Positions 54,430-63,234 of a stretch of 64,000 bases of DNA are shown here, in pieces; within the stretch, counting starts at the first letter, position 1; every line of letters begins with the position of its first letter. Source of the DNA: an uncultured Bacteroidota bacterium (GTDB taxonomy: Bacteria; Bacteroidota; Bacteroidia; Bacteroidales; UBA12077). The notes beneath the pieces are model-generated. The model saw only the letters and a program-made list of their open reading frames with translations, was not told where the DNA came from and made no database searches. Location: the NCBI GenBank assembly GCA_913055635.1, contig CAJXLK010000001.1, positions 96,626-160,625 on the forward strand, read 5' to 3'. The position numbers were made by a program, and so were the translations under genes.

Positions 54430-55891
54430 GGTTGATCCTTTGGGTTACAAGTTTTGAACTGATTACGGCCATAGGCAGACCCGTACCGGGGACTGTTGAA
54501 GAGCCGACATAATATACGTTGCCGTATTTTTCATCGCGGTTACCAGGGCGGAATCCGCCCACCTGGTTCAGGTCGTGGGCCAGTCCCAGGCCACTTCCCT
54601 GGTAAAGGTTGAACATGTTCTTCCACTTCACCGGATCATAGATGGTCTTGGAAACCAGGTTATCTTCTATATTGTAGCCGATCCTCACCGACAGGTCCTC
54701 GATGATATGGCTGGCCAGCTCCTCGCGGTCCGACCAGTCGGGCTTGTACCTTAAATCCGGCACCGGGCAAAGAATAAAAAGGGCTTCATGGCCCGCCGGG
54801 GCAGTATCCGGATTGTGCCGCGAAGGCACGTTCAGATAGTAATACGGTTTCTCCAGGCTGATCGAGTTTTTAAAAATCTTACTGGCATACTCCTTAAAAT
54901 TGTTTCCGAGGAAGTAGTTGTGATGGTGGATGTTGTTCAGCTTGCCCTTAACCCCAAGATACATGGTGAAGGGGGCCAGGGTCCATTTTTTTCGGTCCAG
55001 TTTCTCGGGTTGGTACTGTTTGCGGTTGAAGATTTTACCGCGGAACCAGGCCGCATCGGAATTGACCACAAAAAGGTCCGATTCCCAGGTATGGCCATCC
55101 TGATCGCGGAAACCCTTAACCCCCTGGTGGTCGGTGAGAAAATCCACAATCTCGGTGTTGTAATGAACCCGAATGTTGCGCTTTTTCATCTCCTCCAGCA
55201 GCCCTTCCACAATTTTATACATGCCCCCCCGCACATTATGATACCCGTCGTGGATCAGTTCGGTATAGGTTAACATGCTAAATACGGCCGGTGTATCAAA
55301 GGGAGTGGCCCCTAAGAAGAAGGCCACCAGCGAAAAAATGACCTTCACTTCGTAGGAGGTGAAATATTTTTCCATTTCCCGCCACATCGAGCGAAGCATT
55401 TTGGGCGCATTGCGAATCGGCACCCGCGTTAGCTGGAGCAGGTAATCGGTTAAACTGGTAAAGTTTTTCTTTACAATGCGGTACTCGGTGTCATGATAAA
55501 TCGTGGCAGCACTTCTGAGGTATTGCTGCATACGTCGCTCAAAGTCAGGTTCAATATCCTTAAATTCCTGAGCCAGCTTTTTTAGGTCTTTGTATACGGT
55601 ATAAAACCTGTCGGAACCCGAAAAATTCACCTGGTAGAGTGGATCCAGCTCAATGAATTCAAAGGGCAGGTCCATGTTGCAGTATTCCACGAATTCTTTG
55701 AATTCATAGCTCATACTGAAAAAGGTCGGTGCCATATCAAAGGTAAAACCATCTTTTTTCAGTTGATTGAGCCTCCCCCCGGCCTGGTGGTTTTTTTCAA
55801 CCACTTCAACATCATAGCCGTCGCAAGAAAGGCGCAATGCCGCTGTCAGTCCGCCTAAACCGGATCCGATAACCAAAACTTTTTTTCCCAT
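54371..55891 (-). CDS. crtI: Phytoene desaturase
   Basis: N-terminal FAD fold KKVLVIGSGLGGLTAALRL and C-terminal VYYVGSSTVPGTGLPMA. Overlaps crtB by 59 nt. Confidence 0.88.
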   Translation of the reverse strand: MGKKVLVIGSGLGGLTAALRLSCDGYDVEVVEKNHQAGGRLNQLKKDGFTFDMAPTFFSMSYEFKEFVEYCNMDLPFEFIELDPLYQVNFSGSDRFYTVYKDLKKLAQEFKDIEPDFERRMQQYLRSAATIYHDTEYRIVKKNFTSLTDYLLQLTRVPIRNAPKMLRSMWREMEKYFTSYEVKVIFSLVAFFLGATPFDTPAVFSMLTYTELIHDGYHNVRGGMYKIVEGLLEEMKKRNIRVHYNTEIVDFLTDHQGVKGFRDQDGHTWESDLFVVNSDAAWFRGKIFNRKQYQPEKLDRKKWTLAPFTMYLGVKGKLNNIHHHNYFLGNNFKEYASKIFKNSISLEKPYYYLNVPSRHNPDTAPAGHEALFILCPVPDLRYKPDWSDREELASHIIEDLSVRIGYNIEDNLVSKTIYDPVKWKNMFNLYQGSGLGLAHDLNQVGGFRPGNRDEKYGNVYYVGSSTVPGTGLPMAVISSKLVTQRINHEQKPVHQKQSANQQVNNP

Positions 55892-56016
55892 TTATTTATA
55901 TTTGCCTATTTTCGTATGGTTGTAAACAATATTTTTAGATTTTTTGTTTGAAACACTGCCTGTTTTTTTTAAACAAGTAGGATGAACGGATATAAGTTAC
56001 CAAAAAATCCGCTTGC

Positions 56017-57519
56017 ATGAAAAAAAAGTTTGCTGTTATTGGTGGGGGTATTGGGGGCATGGCTGCAGCCATTAGCCTGCGAAATCAGGGTTATGAGGTA
56101 ACGGTATTTGAAAAAAACCGTTACCTGGGGGGGAAGATGGGTCAGATTCAGATGCAGGGTTACCGTTTTGATTTGGGGCCCTCTGTTTTTACCATGCCGG
56201 GTTTGGTGGATGAGTTGTTTGAAGCAGCCGGCGAAGCCCCCCGGGCCTATTACCGTTATGATCCGCTCAGTCAAAGTTGTCAGTATTTTTATGAAGACGG
56301 AACCCTTATACGGGCATTTGGAGAAGTGGAGGATTTTGCCCGGGAGCTGGCCGCCAAAACCGGTGAACCTCAGAGCCATATCCATCGCTTTCTGGAGAAA
56401 AGCCGTACCATATATGAGTTAACGGCCGATCTATTTATGTTCCATTCCATTCACGAACCGGCCGCTATGCTGAAGCGCGGTAACCTGAAGCCCTTGCTGA
56501 ACTTTCGCAAGATTGATGCTTTTCGCACCATGCATCAGGCCAATTCCCGTCACTTTAACAGCAGCAAGCTGGTGCAGCTCTTTGACCGCTACGCCACCTA
56601 TAACGGATCGGATCCTTACCGCATACCGGCTACATTCAATATCATTACCCACCTCGAACACAACATGGGGGTTTTTTATCCGGAAGGCGGAATTCATGCG
56701 GTAGTCGAGGCCCTGCAGCGGTTGATGGACAAAACCGGCATCCGGGTTCACCGCCAGGAGCCGGTGGAGAAGCTTCTTCCCGGGAAAGACCGTATCCAGG
56801 GCCTTCAAACCCCTCAAGGGCGGTATGATTTTGACGGGTTCGTCTCCAACATGGATGTGAACCTTTTTTACGACCAGCTTTTAAAGGAGGAACGAACCCT
56901 CAAAAAGTTGCGGAAACCGGAAAAGTCCACTTCCGCCCTGATTTTTTACTGGGGCGTGGATGGCTCATTCCCTGATCTGAGTCTGCATAATATCCTTTTT
57001 GCGAAGAATTACCGCCAGGAGTTTGACTATCTTTTTAAGCAGGGGTCCATATCGCCCGATCCGACGGTTTATATTTATATCAGTTCCAGGGTTGTGGAAG
57101 GAGATGCCCCCCGGGGCAAAGAGAACTGGTATGTCATGGTCAATGCCCCTGAGGATACCGGGCAGGATTGGGCGCGTTTGCGTGCTGAAGCCCGAACCAA
57201 TGTTGTGGCCAAGATTCAGCGGATGCTGGGAATTCAGGTAGATCGGCATATAGAATGTGAAAAAATTTTAGATCCCCCGTCTATCGGCGCATATACCACA
57301 TCCTACCACGGTTCTCTCTATGGAAACAGTTCCAACGGAAAGTTTGCAGCATTCAACCGCCACGCCAATTTCAGCCGGAGGTACCACAACCTTTATTTCA
57401 CCGGGGGAAGTGTGCATCCCGGGGGTGGCATCCCCTTAGCCCTTGCCAGCGCCCGTATTGTTTCAGATAAAATCAGAAAAGATGACAAAACAAGGCAAAG
57501 AAGAAAAGCGCGAAAATAA
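56017..57519 (+). CDS. crtD: CrtI-family carotenoid desaturase, CrtD-like (1-hydroxycarotenoid 3,4-desaturase candidate)
   Basis: KFAVIGGGIGGMAAAISL and a C-terminal LYFTGGSVHPGGGIPLA. A second CrtI paralogue placed next to cruF. Confidence 0.7.
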   Translation: MKKKFAVIGGGIGGMAAAISLRNQGYEVTVFEKNRYLGGKMGQIQMQGYRFDLGPSVFTMPGLVDELFEAAGEAPRAYYRYDPLSQSCQYFYEDGTLIRAFGEVEDFARELAAKTGEPQSHIHRFLEKSRTIYELTADLFMFHSIHEPAAMLKRGNLKPLLNFRKIDAFRTMHQANSRHFNSSKLVQLFDRYATYNGSDPYRIPATFNIITHLEHNMGVFYPEGGIHAVVEALQRLMDKTGIRVHRQEPVEKLLPGKDRIQGLQTPQGRYDFDGFVSNMDVNLFYDQLLKEERTLKKLRKPEKSTSALIFYWGVDGSFPDLSLHNILFAKNYRQEFDYLFKQGSISPDPTVYIYISSRVVEGDAPRGKENWYVMVNAPEDTGQDWARLRAEARTNVVAKIQRMLGIQVDRHIECEKILDPPSIGAYTTSYHGSLYGNSSNGKFAAFNRHANFSRRYHNLYFTGGSVHPGGGIPLALASARIVSDKIRKDDKTRQRRKARK

Positions 57520-58141
57520 TATTGTTCTGGTGGCCCGGATTTTCCTCTTCGTAATTTACCTGGTCGGTTTAATTGGCATCAGCCTGCAGAACCTGCGTCC
57601 GGCCTATGTTCAGATTACCCCGGTAAGTCTGATGCTCAGTGCCCTGATCCTGCTTGCTTTTCATGAACAGTGGAACCTTCGCACTGTATTGGTTTTGGCT
57701 GGCATCGGCCTGGCCGGTTATTTCATCGAAGTATTGGGCGTGCAAACCGGGGTGATTTTTGGCGATTATACCTATGGAACAACCCTGGGCCCCGCTGTCG
57801 CTGGCGTACCCCTGATTATCGGGATCAACTGGCTAATATTGATCTATGCCATCTGGTATGTGGCCGGTAAACTGACCCTTCAGCCCTTCATCCGAATCCC
57901 CCTTACCGGTGCCTTAATGGTGGGGTTTGACCTGCTGATGGAACCGGTTGCCGTAGCCCTGGATATGTGGGAGTGGAGCGGAAAAAGCATCCCCTTTGAA
58001 AATTACCTGGCCTGGTTTGGCATTTCCCTGGTTTTTGCCGCCATCCTCTATTTTGCCCGAATCAGGATCCATAACCCCGTAGCGGGCTACCTGCTTCTTT
58101 TTATGGCCTTTTTCTTTGGCGTGCTGAATTTTACCGTATGA
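57482..58141 (+). CDS. cruF: Carotenoid biosynthesis membrane protein of the CruF (carotenoid 1,2-hydratase) type
   Basis: About 7 helices with GVIFGDYTYG, GINWL and MEPVAVALDMWEW. Confidence 0.65.
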   Translation: MTKQGKEEKRENNIVLVARIFLFVIYLVGLIGISLQNLRPAYVQITPVSLMLSALILLAFHEQWNLRTVLVLAGIGLAGYFIEVLGVQTGVIFGDYTYGTTLGPAVAGVPLIIGINWLILIYAIWYVAGKLTLQPFIRIPLTGALMVGFDLLMEPVAVALDMWEWSGKSIPFENYLAWFGISLVFAAILYFARIRIHNPVAGYLLLFMAFFFGVLNFTV

Positions 58142-58171
58142 TTTTATATCTTTGAATAAGAAACCTCTATT

Positions 58172-58849
58172 ATGGGCGTCTTTTTGGCAATACTGATTAT
58201 TACCGCCTGGCTGGGGCACCTGGTCTATTCACTGGTTTATGTGGAGCCTGAATTGACTGCACCGCTCACCTATGGGCATACCCTTTTGCAGGGGTATCTC
58301 TTTACCGGCCTTTTTATCACCGGCCACGATGCCATTCACCGAACCATTTCCCAAAAAAAGTGGGTGAATGATCTTTTTGGCTGGCTGGCTTCTTTTCTCT
58401 TTGCGGCCCTTTCCTATCGGCGCCTTACCCGCAATCACTGGAAACATCATCGGGCGCCCGGTACCGAAGCGGACCCCGATTTTTATGTCCGTTCCCAGAA
58501 TTTCTGGCGGTGGTGGCTGGTTTTCATGGTTCGTTACATCACCATCCCCCAGCTGATTTTTATGGCTGCCGCATTTAATGTGCTTCTGATCTGGTTCTCC
58601 GAAGCCTCCCTTTTGCTTTTTTGGATCATTCCGGCTTTTCTCGGAACCTTTCAGATGTTCTATTTTGGAGTGTATCAACCCCACAAATTGCCCCATACAC
58701 AAAGTATGAACCCTTATAACTCCAGGACCCAGCAGAAAAACCATTTATGGGCCATGATATCCTGCTATTTCTTTGGCTATCATTATGAACATCATGCCTC
58801 GCCCACGATCCCCTGGTGGAAACTCTACACAACCAAGCAGCCCAAATGA
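58172..58849 (+). CDS. crtW: Beta-carotene 4-ketolase (CrtW-type di-iron membrane oxygenase)
   Basis: Three His boxes: HDAIHR, HWKHHR and HYEHH. Confidence 0.7.
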   Translation: MGVFLAILIITAWLGHLVYSLVYVEPELTAPLTYGHTLLQGYLFTGLFITGHDAIHRTISQKKWVNDLFGWLASFLFAALSYRRLTRNHWKHHRAPGTEADPDFYVRSQNFWRWWLVFMVRYITIPQLIFMAAAFNVLLIWFSEASLLLFWIIPAFLGTFQMFYFGVYQPHKLPHTQSMNPYNSRTQQKNHLWAMISCYFFGYHYEHHASPTIPWWKLYTTKQPK

Positions 58850-59460
58850 TCAAAGCCCGCCACCATTGGTTCTATGTGCGTTTTTTCCGGTTTTATACCC
58901 GGTGGATGCTCGCCCGGCATTTTCGCCGGGTGATCCTTAAAGGTCAGTTTCAGGATACGGGCAGGCCCGTTTTATTGGTGGGGAATCATTTTAGTTGGTG
59001 GGACGGCTTTTTTGCCCATTGCCTCAATGAAAAGCTCTTCCATAAAAGGTTTCACGTGATGATGCTTGAACAGCAGCTTCGCCCGCGGATGTTCCTCAAT
59101 AAGGCCGGGGCCTTTTCCATCAGGAAGCATTCCCCCTCGGTTTTGGAATCGCTTCATTATACCCGCCGGCTTTTGGAGGATCCCCATAACCTGGTGGCGA
59201 TGTTTCCCCAGGGAAAGATTCATTCGATGTATGATTACCCGGTGAAGTTTGAAAAGGGGCCGGTGAAAATCCTCCGGGGAATAGAACCCCAGGTGCGGGT
59301 TTTTTTTATGGCGGCCCTGGTCGATTATTTTTCGCATCCGAAACCATCGCTTACCTTGGCCATTGAAGAATATCAACCAACCGATTCAATTGCCTTGGAG
59401 GATATGGAGGAGGCTTTCAATCATTTTCTCCGTCGGATGATTCAGGACCAGCACGAGTGA
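58846..59460 (+). CDS. PlsC-type acyltransferase (CruD-like carotenoid glycoside acyltransferase candidate)
   Basis: HX4D box NHFSWWDG and an FPQGK box. ATGA overlap with crtW. Confidence 0.7.
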   Translation: MIKARHHWFYVRFFRFYTRWMLARHFRRVILKGQFQDTGRPVLLVGNHFSWWDGFFAHCLNEKLFHKRFHVMMLEQQLRPRMFLNKAGAFSIRKHSPSVLESLHYTRRLLEDPHNLVAMFPQGKIHSMYDYPVKFEKGPVKILRGIEPQVRVFFMAALVDYFSHPKPSLTLAIEEYQPTDSIALEDMEEAFNHFLRRMIQDQHE

Positions 59461-59603
59461 AATCCTGTTAAATGAGGGTGTGGGGGGTAGATAATGGTTG
59501 TATCGGGTTTTCAAACGAAACATCGTTTAAGGATGGATAGGATGGTAATTTTCATTTTTTTTCAAACACAGGTGACCTGCCCCTTGTTTAAAAGTAAAAA
59601 TCA

Positions 59604-60719
59604 ATGGCTTTAATTTTAGATATATTGGCCTGGGTGATTATGGGATTCACCCTGATGCGGTTGTCGGTTAGTTTGGTTAATTGGTTGTCGCCCTTGTATT
59701 TGAAGCCGGGCCGGCCAACCGGGGGGGAGTTGGTTTCCCTTCTGATTCCTGCCCGAAACGAGGCAGACAACCTGCGTATATTACTGCCGGCCCTGTTAAG
59801 GCAGAGTTATCCGCATTTTGAGTTGATTGTTTACGACGACCATTCAGCGGATGCCACCTCGCAGGTATTGCGTTCTTTCAGCCGGCGTGACCGCCGGGTA
59901 ACCTGGATACAGGGTGGGGATCTGCCCGGTGGGTGGAGTGGCAAAAATTATGCCTGTCATCAGCTTGCACAGCAAGCCCGGGGCGATTATATGCTTTTTA
60001 TGGATGCCGATGTATCTGTGGCAACCGATCTGTTGGAGAAAGCCCTTCACCATATCCATCGCCGCGGGTTGGCCCTGCTTTCCATTTTTCCCCATCAAAA
60101 AATGAAAACCCCGGGCGAATGGCTTACCGTACCCCTGATGAACTGGATCCTGCTGACGTTGTTGCCGTTGGTGCTGGTAAAAAGAAACCCCCGGCCGGCT
60201 TTTGCTGCTGCCAACGGACAGTTTATGCTGTTTGACGCCACCCTCTACCGCCAGCATCAGTGGCACCAGTTGGTACCCTCCAGCCTGGTGGAAGACATCC
60301 AGATTAGCCGCCTCATCAAACAAAAAGGCTATACCACACAAACCCTTTTGGGTAACAATGACATCATGTGCCGGATGTATAGCTCTTTTAAAGAAGGGGT
60401 GCATGGCTTTGCCAAAAATGTGACCGAATTTTTCGGGGGCAGCAGCCTGATGACCCTTATTTTTGTTTTTATGACCAGTGCCGGGGTAGGGATTATCCCG
60501 GTGGCACTGGGGTGGCAATGGTTTATTGGTTATGTTGCTGCCGTGGCTGTTATTCGGGTGTTGGTTTCCGCGGCAAGCCGCCAGTCGGTGCTAAAAAATC
60601 TGGTGTATCATATTCCCCAGATGGTTGCGTTAATTATGATTGCAATCGAGGGCATTAAAGTCCGTAAAAACGGAGTTTATCAATGGAAAGGAAGAAGCAT
60701 AGAAGGTTCAGCGGCCTGA
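59604..60719 (+). CDS. Family-2 glycosyltransferase with C-terminal membrane helices (CruC/CrtX-like carotenoid glycosyltransferase candidate)
   Basis: SLLIPARNEADNL, IVYDDHSADAT, MDADV (DxD) and VEDI. Confidence 0.75.
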   Translation: MALILDILAWVIMGFTLMRLSVSLVNWLSPLYLKPGRPTGGELVSLLIPARNEADNLRILLPALLRQSYPHFELIVYDDHSADATSQVLRSFSRRDRRVTWIQGGDLPGGWSGKNYACHQLAQQARGDYMLFMDADVSVATDLLEKALHHIHRRGLALLSIFPHQKMKTPGEWLTVPLMNWILLTLLPLVLVKRNPRPAFAAANGQFMLFDATLYRQHQWHQLVPSSLVEDIQISRLIKQKGYTTQTLLGNNDIMCRMYSSFKEGVHGFAKNVTEFFGGSSLMTLIFVFMTSAGVGIIPVALGWQWFIGYVAAVAVIRVLVSAASRQSVLKNLVYHIPQMVALIMIAIEGIKVRKNGVYQWKGRSIEGSAA

Positions 60720-61942
60720 TGCGTTTTGTCATTTTAATGATCTTCAGTTATGGCCTCTTTTCTCCTGTATGGGCACATCAAGGTGATGGGTTCTCCTTCA
60801 GAGATGCCGCATCATCAGCAGGCGAAGTCCACTTCCCTGACCCAAAGGCCGGGTTCTCATTCTTAGACAGGAGATTTTCTGTCATAGATGGGAGATATGC
60901 CCCTACTGATGGGGTTTTTCCTATCCGACATCCCGGCGTCCCTTCAACGGATGGGGTTTTTCCTATCCGACATCCCGGCGTCCCTTCAACGGATGGGGAT
61001 TTTCCTATCGGACATTTCGGCGTCTCTACAACAGATGGGGGTTTTCCTATCGGACATGCCGGAATCCCTTCAACGGATGATAGTTTTCCTATAGGACATT
61101 TCAGCGCTTCTATAACGGATGCGGGATTTTTTTTCAAAGATGCCGGATCCTATGCCATCAAGGATTTTGGGGACAACGCTCTGGGGCTGTTCGCCCAGGA
61201 GGCTTCCTCCAGAATGCCTGTAAACACTTCGGCCGGCGGCAACGACTATACCTGTCGCTTTTATGAAGCTTATGTATCGGGAGAAATGGGTCCCTGGCCC
61301 GCACTGATGAATCAGTTGAAAGCCGACTACCGGCAGGTGCGTGACTCAGATGTTTTGTACGACCTGCTGATTGCCTACTATGGATACATTGCCTGGCTCA
61401 TTGGGGTGGAAAAGGAGGACCGCGCCAAAGATTATCTGGAGGAAGCCCGCAGCTACCTTGAAACCCTGGAGCAGGACGAAGATTACACTTCGTATGCGGC
61501 ATCTCTGAAGGGGGCATTCCTGGCCTATGAAATCGGAATGAACCGAAGTAAAGCAGTTTGGCTGGGGCCTAAAAGTATGAAACACATCAATCGCGCTGTG
61601 GAGCTTGATGGCCAAAATCCCATTGCCTGGATTGAGAAAGGCAATGCCGAGTATCATATGCCCCGGATCTTTGGGGGAAGTTACCATAAAGCGGCCAAAT
61701 ATTTCCACCGAGCCATCCGGCTGTTTGAAAACCAAAGTTCAAATCTGCAATGCAACTGGCGTTATCTGAATGCCCTGGCCTGGCTGGCTCAATCCTATGA
61801 CAGGGCCGGAGAACCAGAACTGGCCCTGCAAACCTACCAAAAGATTCTAGAGCAGGAACCCCGCTTTGAGTGGGTTAAAGATGAGCTTTACCCGGCTTTT
61901 AAAAAGGAGCATCCGGAACTAACCCCATCAATCCCAAAATAA
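60719..61942 (+). CDS. Secreted protein with 14-aa TDG.FPI(R/G)H repeats and a TPR-like C-terminal half
   Basis: The ATG overlaps the GT2 stop (TGATG). Signal peptide MRFVILMIFSYGLFSPVWA. The C-terminus shows an LALQTYQKILEQEP-type TPR pattern. Confidence 0.65.
   Translation: MRFVILMIFSYGLFSPVWAHQGDGFSFRDAASSAGEVHFPDPKAGFSFLDRRFSVIDGRYAPTDGVFPIRHPGVPSTDGVFPIRHPGVPSTDGDFPIGHFGVSTTDGGFPIGHAGIPSTDDSFPIGHFSASITDAGFFFKDAGSYAIKDFGDNALGLFAQEASSRMPVNTSAGGNDYTCRFYEAYVSGEMGPWPALMNQLKADYRQVRDSDVLYDLLIAYYGYIAWLIGVEKEDRAKDYLEEARSYLETLEQDEDYTSYAASLKGAFLAYEIGMNRSKAVWLGPKSMKHINRAVELDGQNPIAWIEKGNAEYHMPRIFGGSYHKAAKYFHRAIRLFENQSSNLQCNWRYLNALAWLAQSYDRAGEPELALQTYQKILEQEPRFEWVKDELYPAFKKEHPELTPSIPK
60905..61140 (+). 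repeat. 5.5 x 42-bp in-frame tandem repeat
   Basis: Units start at 60905, 60947, 60989, 61031, 61073 and 61115. Units 1 and 2 differ at only 1 of 42 nt. Confidence 0.9.
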
Positions 61943-61992
61943 TTTTTGCGCCCCCGGCTTTTCAGATAGGAGAGAATATAATGGTTGCAGCC

Positions 61993-62661
61993 ATGGATGA
62001 ATTGAAAAAACGCGATGTCATCATTTGGACTCTTTTGGCCGGCCTGTGGATGGTGCTTCTAACAGGATGCTTTTCGGCAGGGGAAGCCTTAAAGCAGACC
62101 GGATCTATTGACTCGTCTATTGACTCATCGGTTACCATTTATGTTACCAAAAGAGGTTGGCATACAGGGTTATTGATCCCAAAGCAAAAGGTCAAAGCCC
62201 TCATACCCGAAATGGACGCTGATTTTCCGGAAGCCAGCCATCTGAACTTCAGTTGGGGGGAAAAAAAATATTTTATGGCCCCTAAAGGTACTGTGATTCT
62301 TGCTCTTCGGGCTGCCTTACTGCCTACACAATCGGTGGTGCATGTTGACGGACTTGACCGCCTGCCTTCATCCTATATCAAAAGTCCTGGTGTCCAGGCC
62401 ATTGATTTGACTTCTGAGGGTTTTCAGTCAATGATGGTTTTCATCCAGAAAAGCTTTGAACGGGATTCGGCCTCCCGTTTGATTCTCCTGCGGGAAAACC
62501 CCCGGGCCATGAGTAATTTCTATCTATCCGGCATCACCTACTGGGGTACCCGCACCTGCAACGTATGGACCGCCAGAGCTTTGGAGCAGGCCGGCCTGGA
62601 CCTGAATCCTGGCTTCCTGCTTACTGCCGGCCAGATCATGCGAAGGGTTAAGAAAGAATAA
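61993..62661 (+). CDS. Lipoprotein of the DUF2459 / TIGR02117-like family (tentative)
   Basis: Lipobox LLTGC. GWHTGLLIP, SWGEKKYFMA and TCNVWTARALEQAGL resemble that family, from memory. Confidence 0.55.
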   Translation: MDELKKRDVIIWTLLAGLWMVLLTGCFSAGEALKQTGSIDSSIDSSVTIYVTKRGWHTGLLIPKQKVKALIPEMDADFPEASHLNFSWGEKKYFMAPKGTVILALRAALLPTQSVVHVDGLDRLPSSYIKSPGVQAIDLTSEGFQSMMVFIQKSFERDSASRLILLRENPRAMSNFYLSGITYWGTRTCNVWTARALEQAGLDLNPGFLLTAGQIMRRVKKE

Positions 62662-62718
62662 TACTCCCCAAACAGGAATCCAGATAATACCATCTCCTTT
62701 CTGAAACAGATCATTGCA

Positions 62719-63108
62719 TCAGTTCAGTTTCAATAGGAAAGGGGTGATCTTTTTTGAAAACAGATGAATATTAACGGGTTTGGTTATGTATGCATCGGCC
62801 CCGTAAGCGTAGATTTGTTTCTCTATATCATCAGTTATCATACCTGTTTGAATGATAACCGGTATATTCGGGAAAGATTTCTTTACCCTCTTTGTCAATT
62901 CGAATCCATTGATTTCGGCTAATTTTATATCGGTGATTATGAGTTTTACCTCACTTCGGTTGCATAGCTCAAACGCATCCTGCCCGTTGCCAGTGGACAA
63001 TATATCAATGGCTTGATCTTCTTTGAAAACGGACCGTAAAATCTCTTCAGTCAATAATCGGCTGGCTGTATCGTTATCGGCTACAAGAAACGTAATGCTT
63101 TTGTTCAT
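62719..63108 (-). CDS. Single-domain response regulator (CheY-like receiver)
   Basis: FLVADND...LIITDIKLAEINGFEL...PVIIQTG...ITKP. Confidence 0.85.
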   Translation of the reverse strand: MNKSITFLVADNDTASRLLTEEILRSVFKEDQAIDILSTGNGQDAFELCNRSEVKLIITDIKLAEINGFELTKRVKKSFPNIPVIIQTGMITDDIEKQIYAYGADAYITKPVNIHLFSKKITPFLLKLN

Positions 63109-63234
63109 ACTTTATAAGAAGGTCAGGACAAAAAATTTAATCAATAGATTTTCAAGTTTTAAGACAAAATTACACTATCCGGAATGATTAAATGGAACAT
63201 ACCCCTACGACTTATCTATGACATGGGTAAATAA

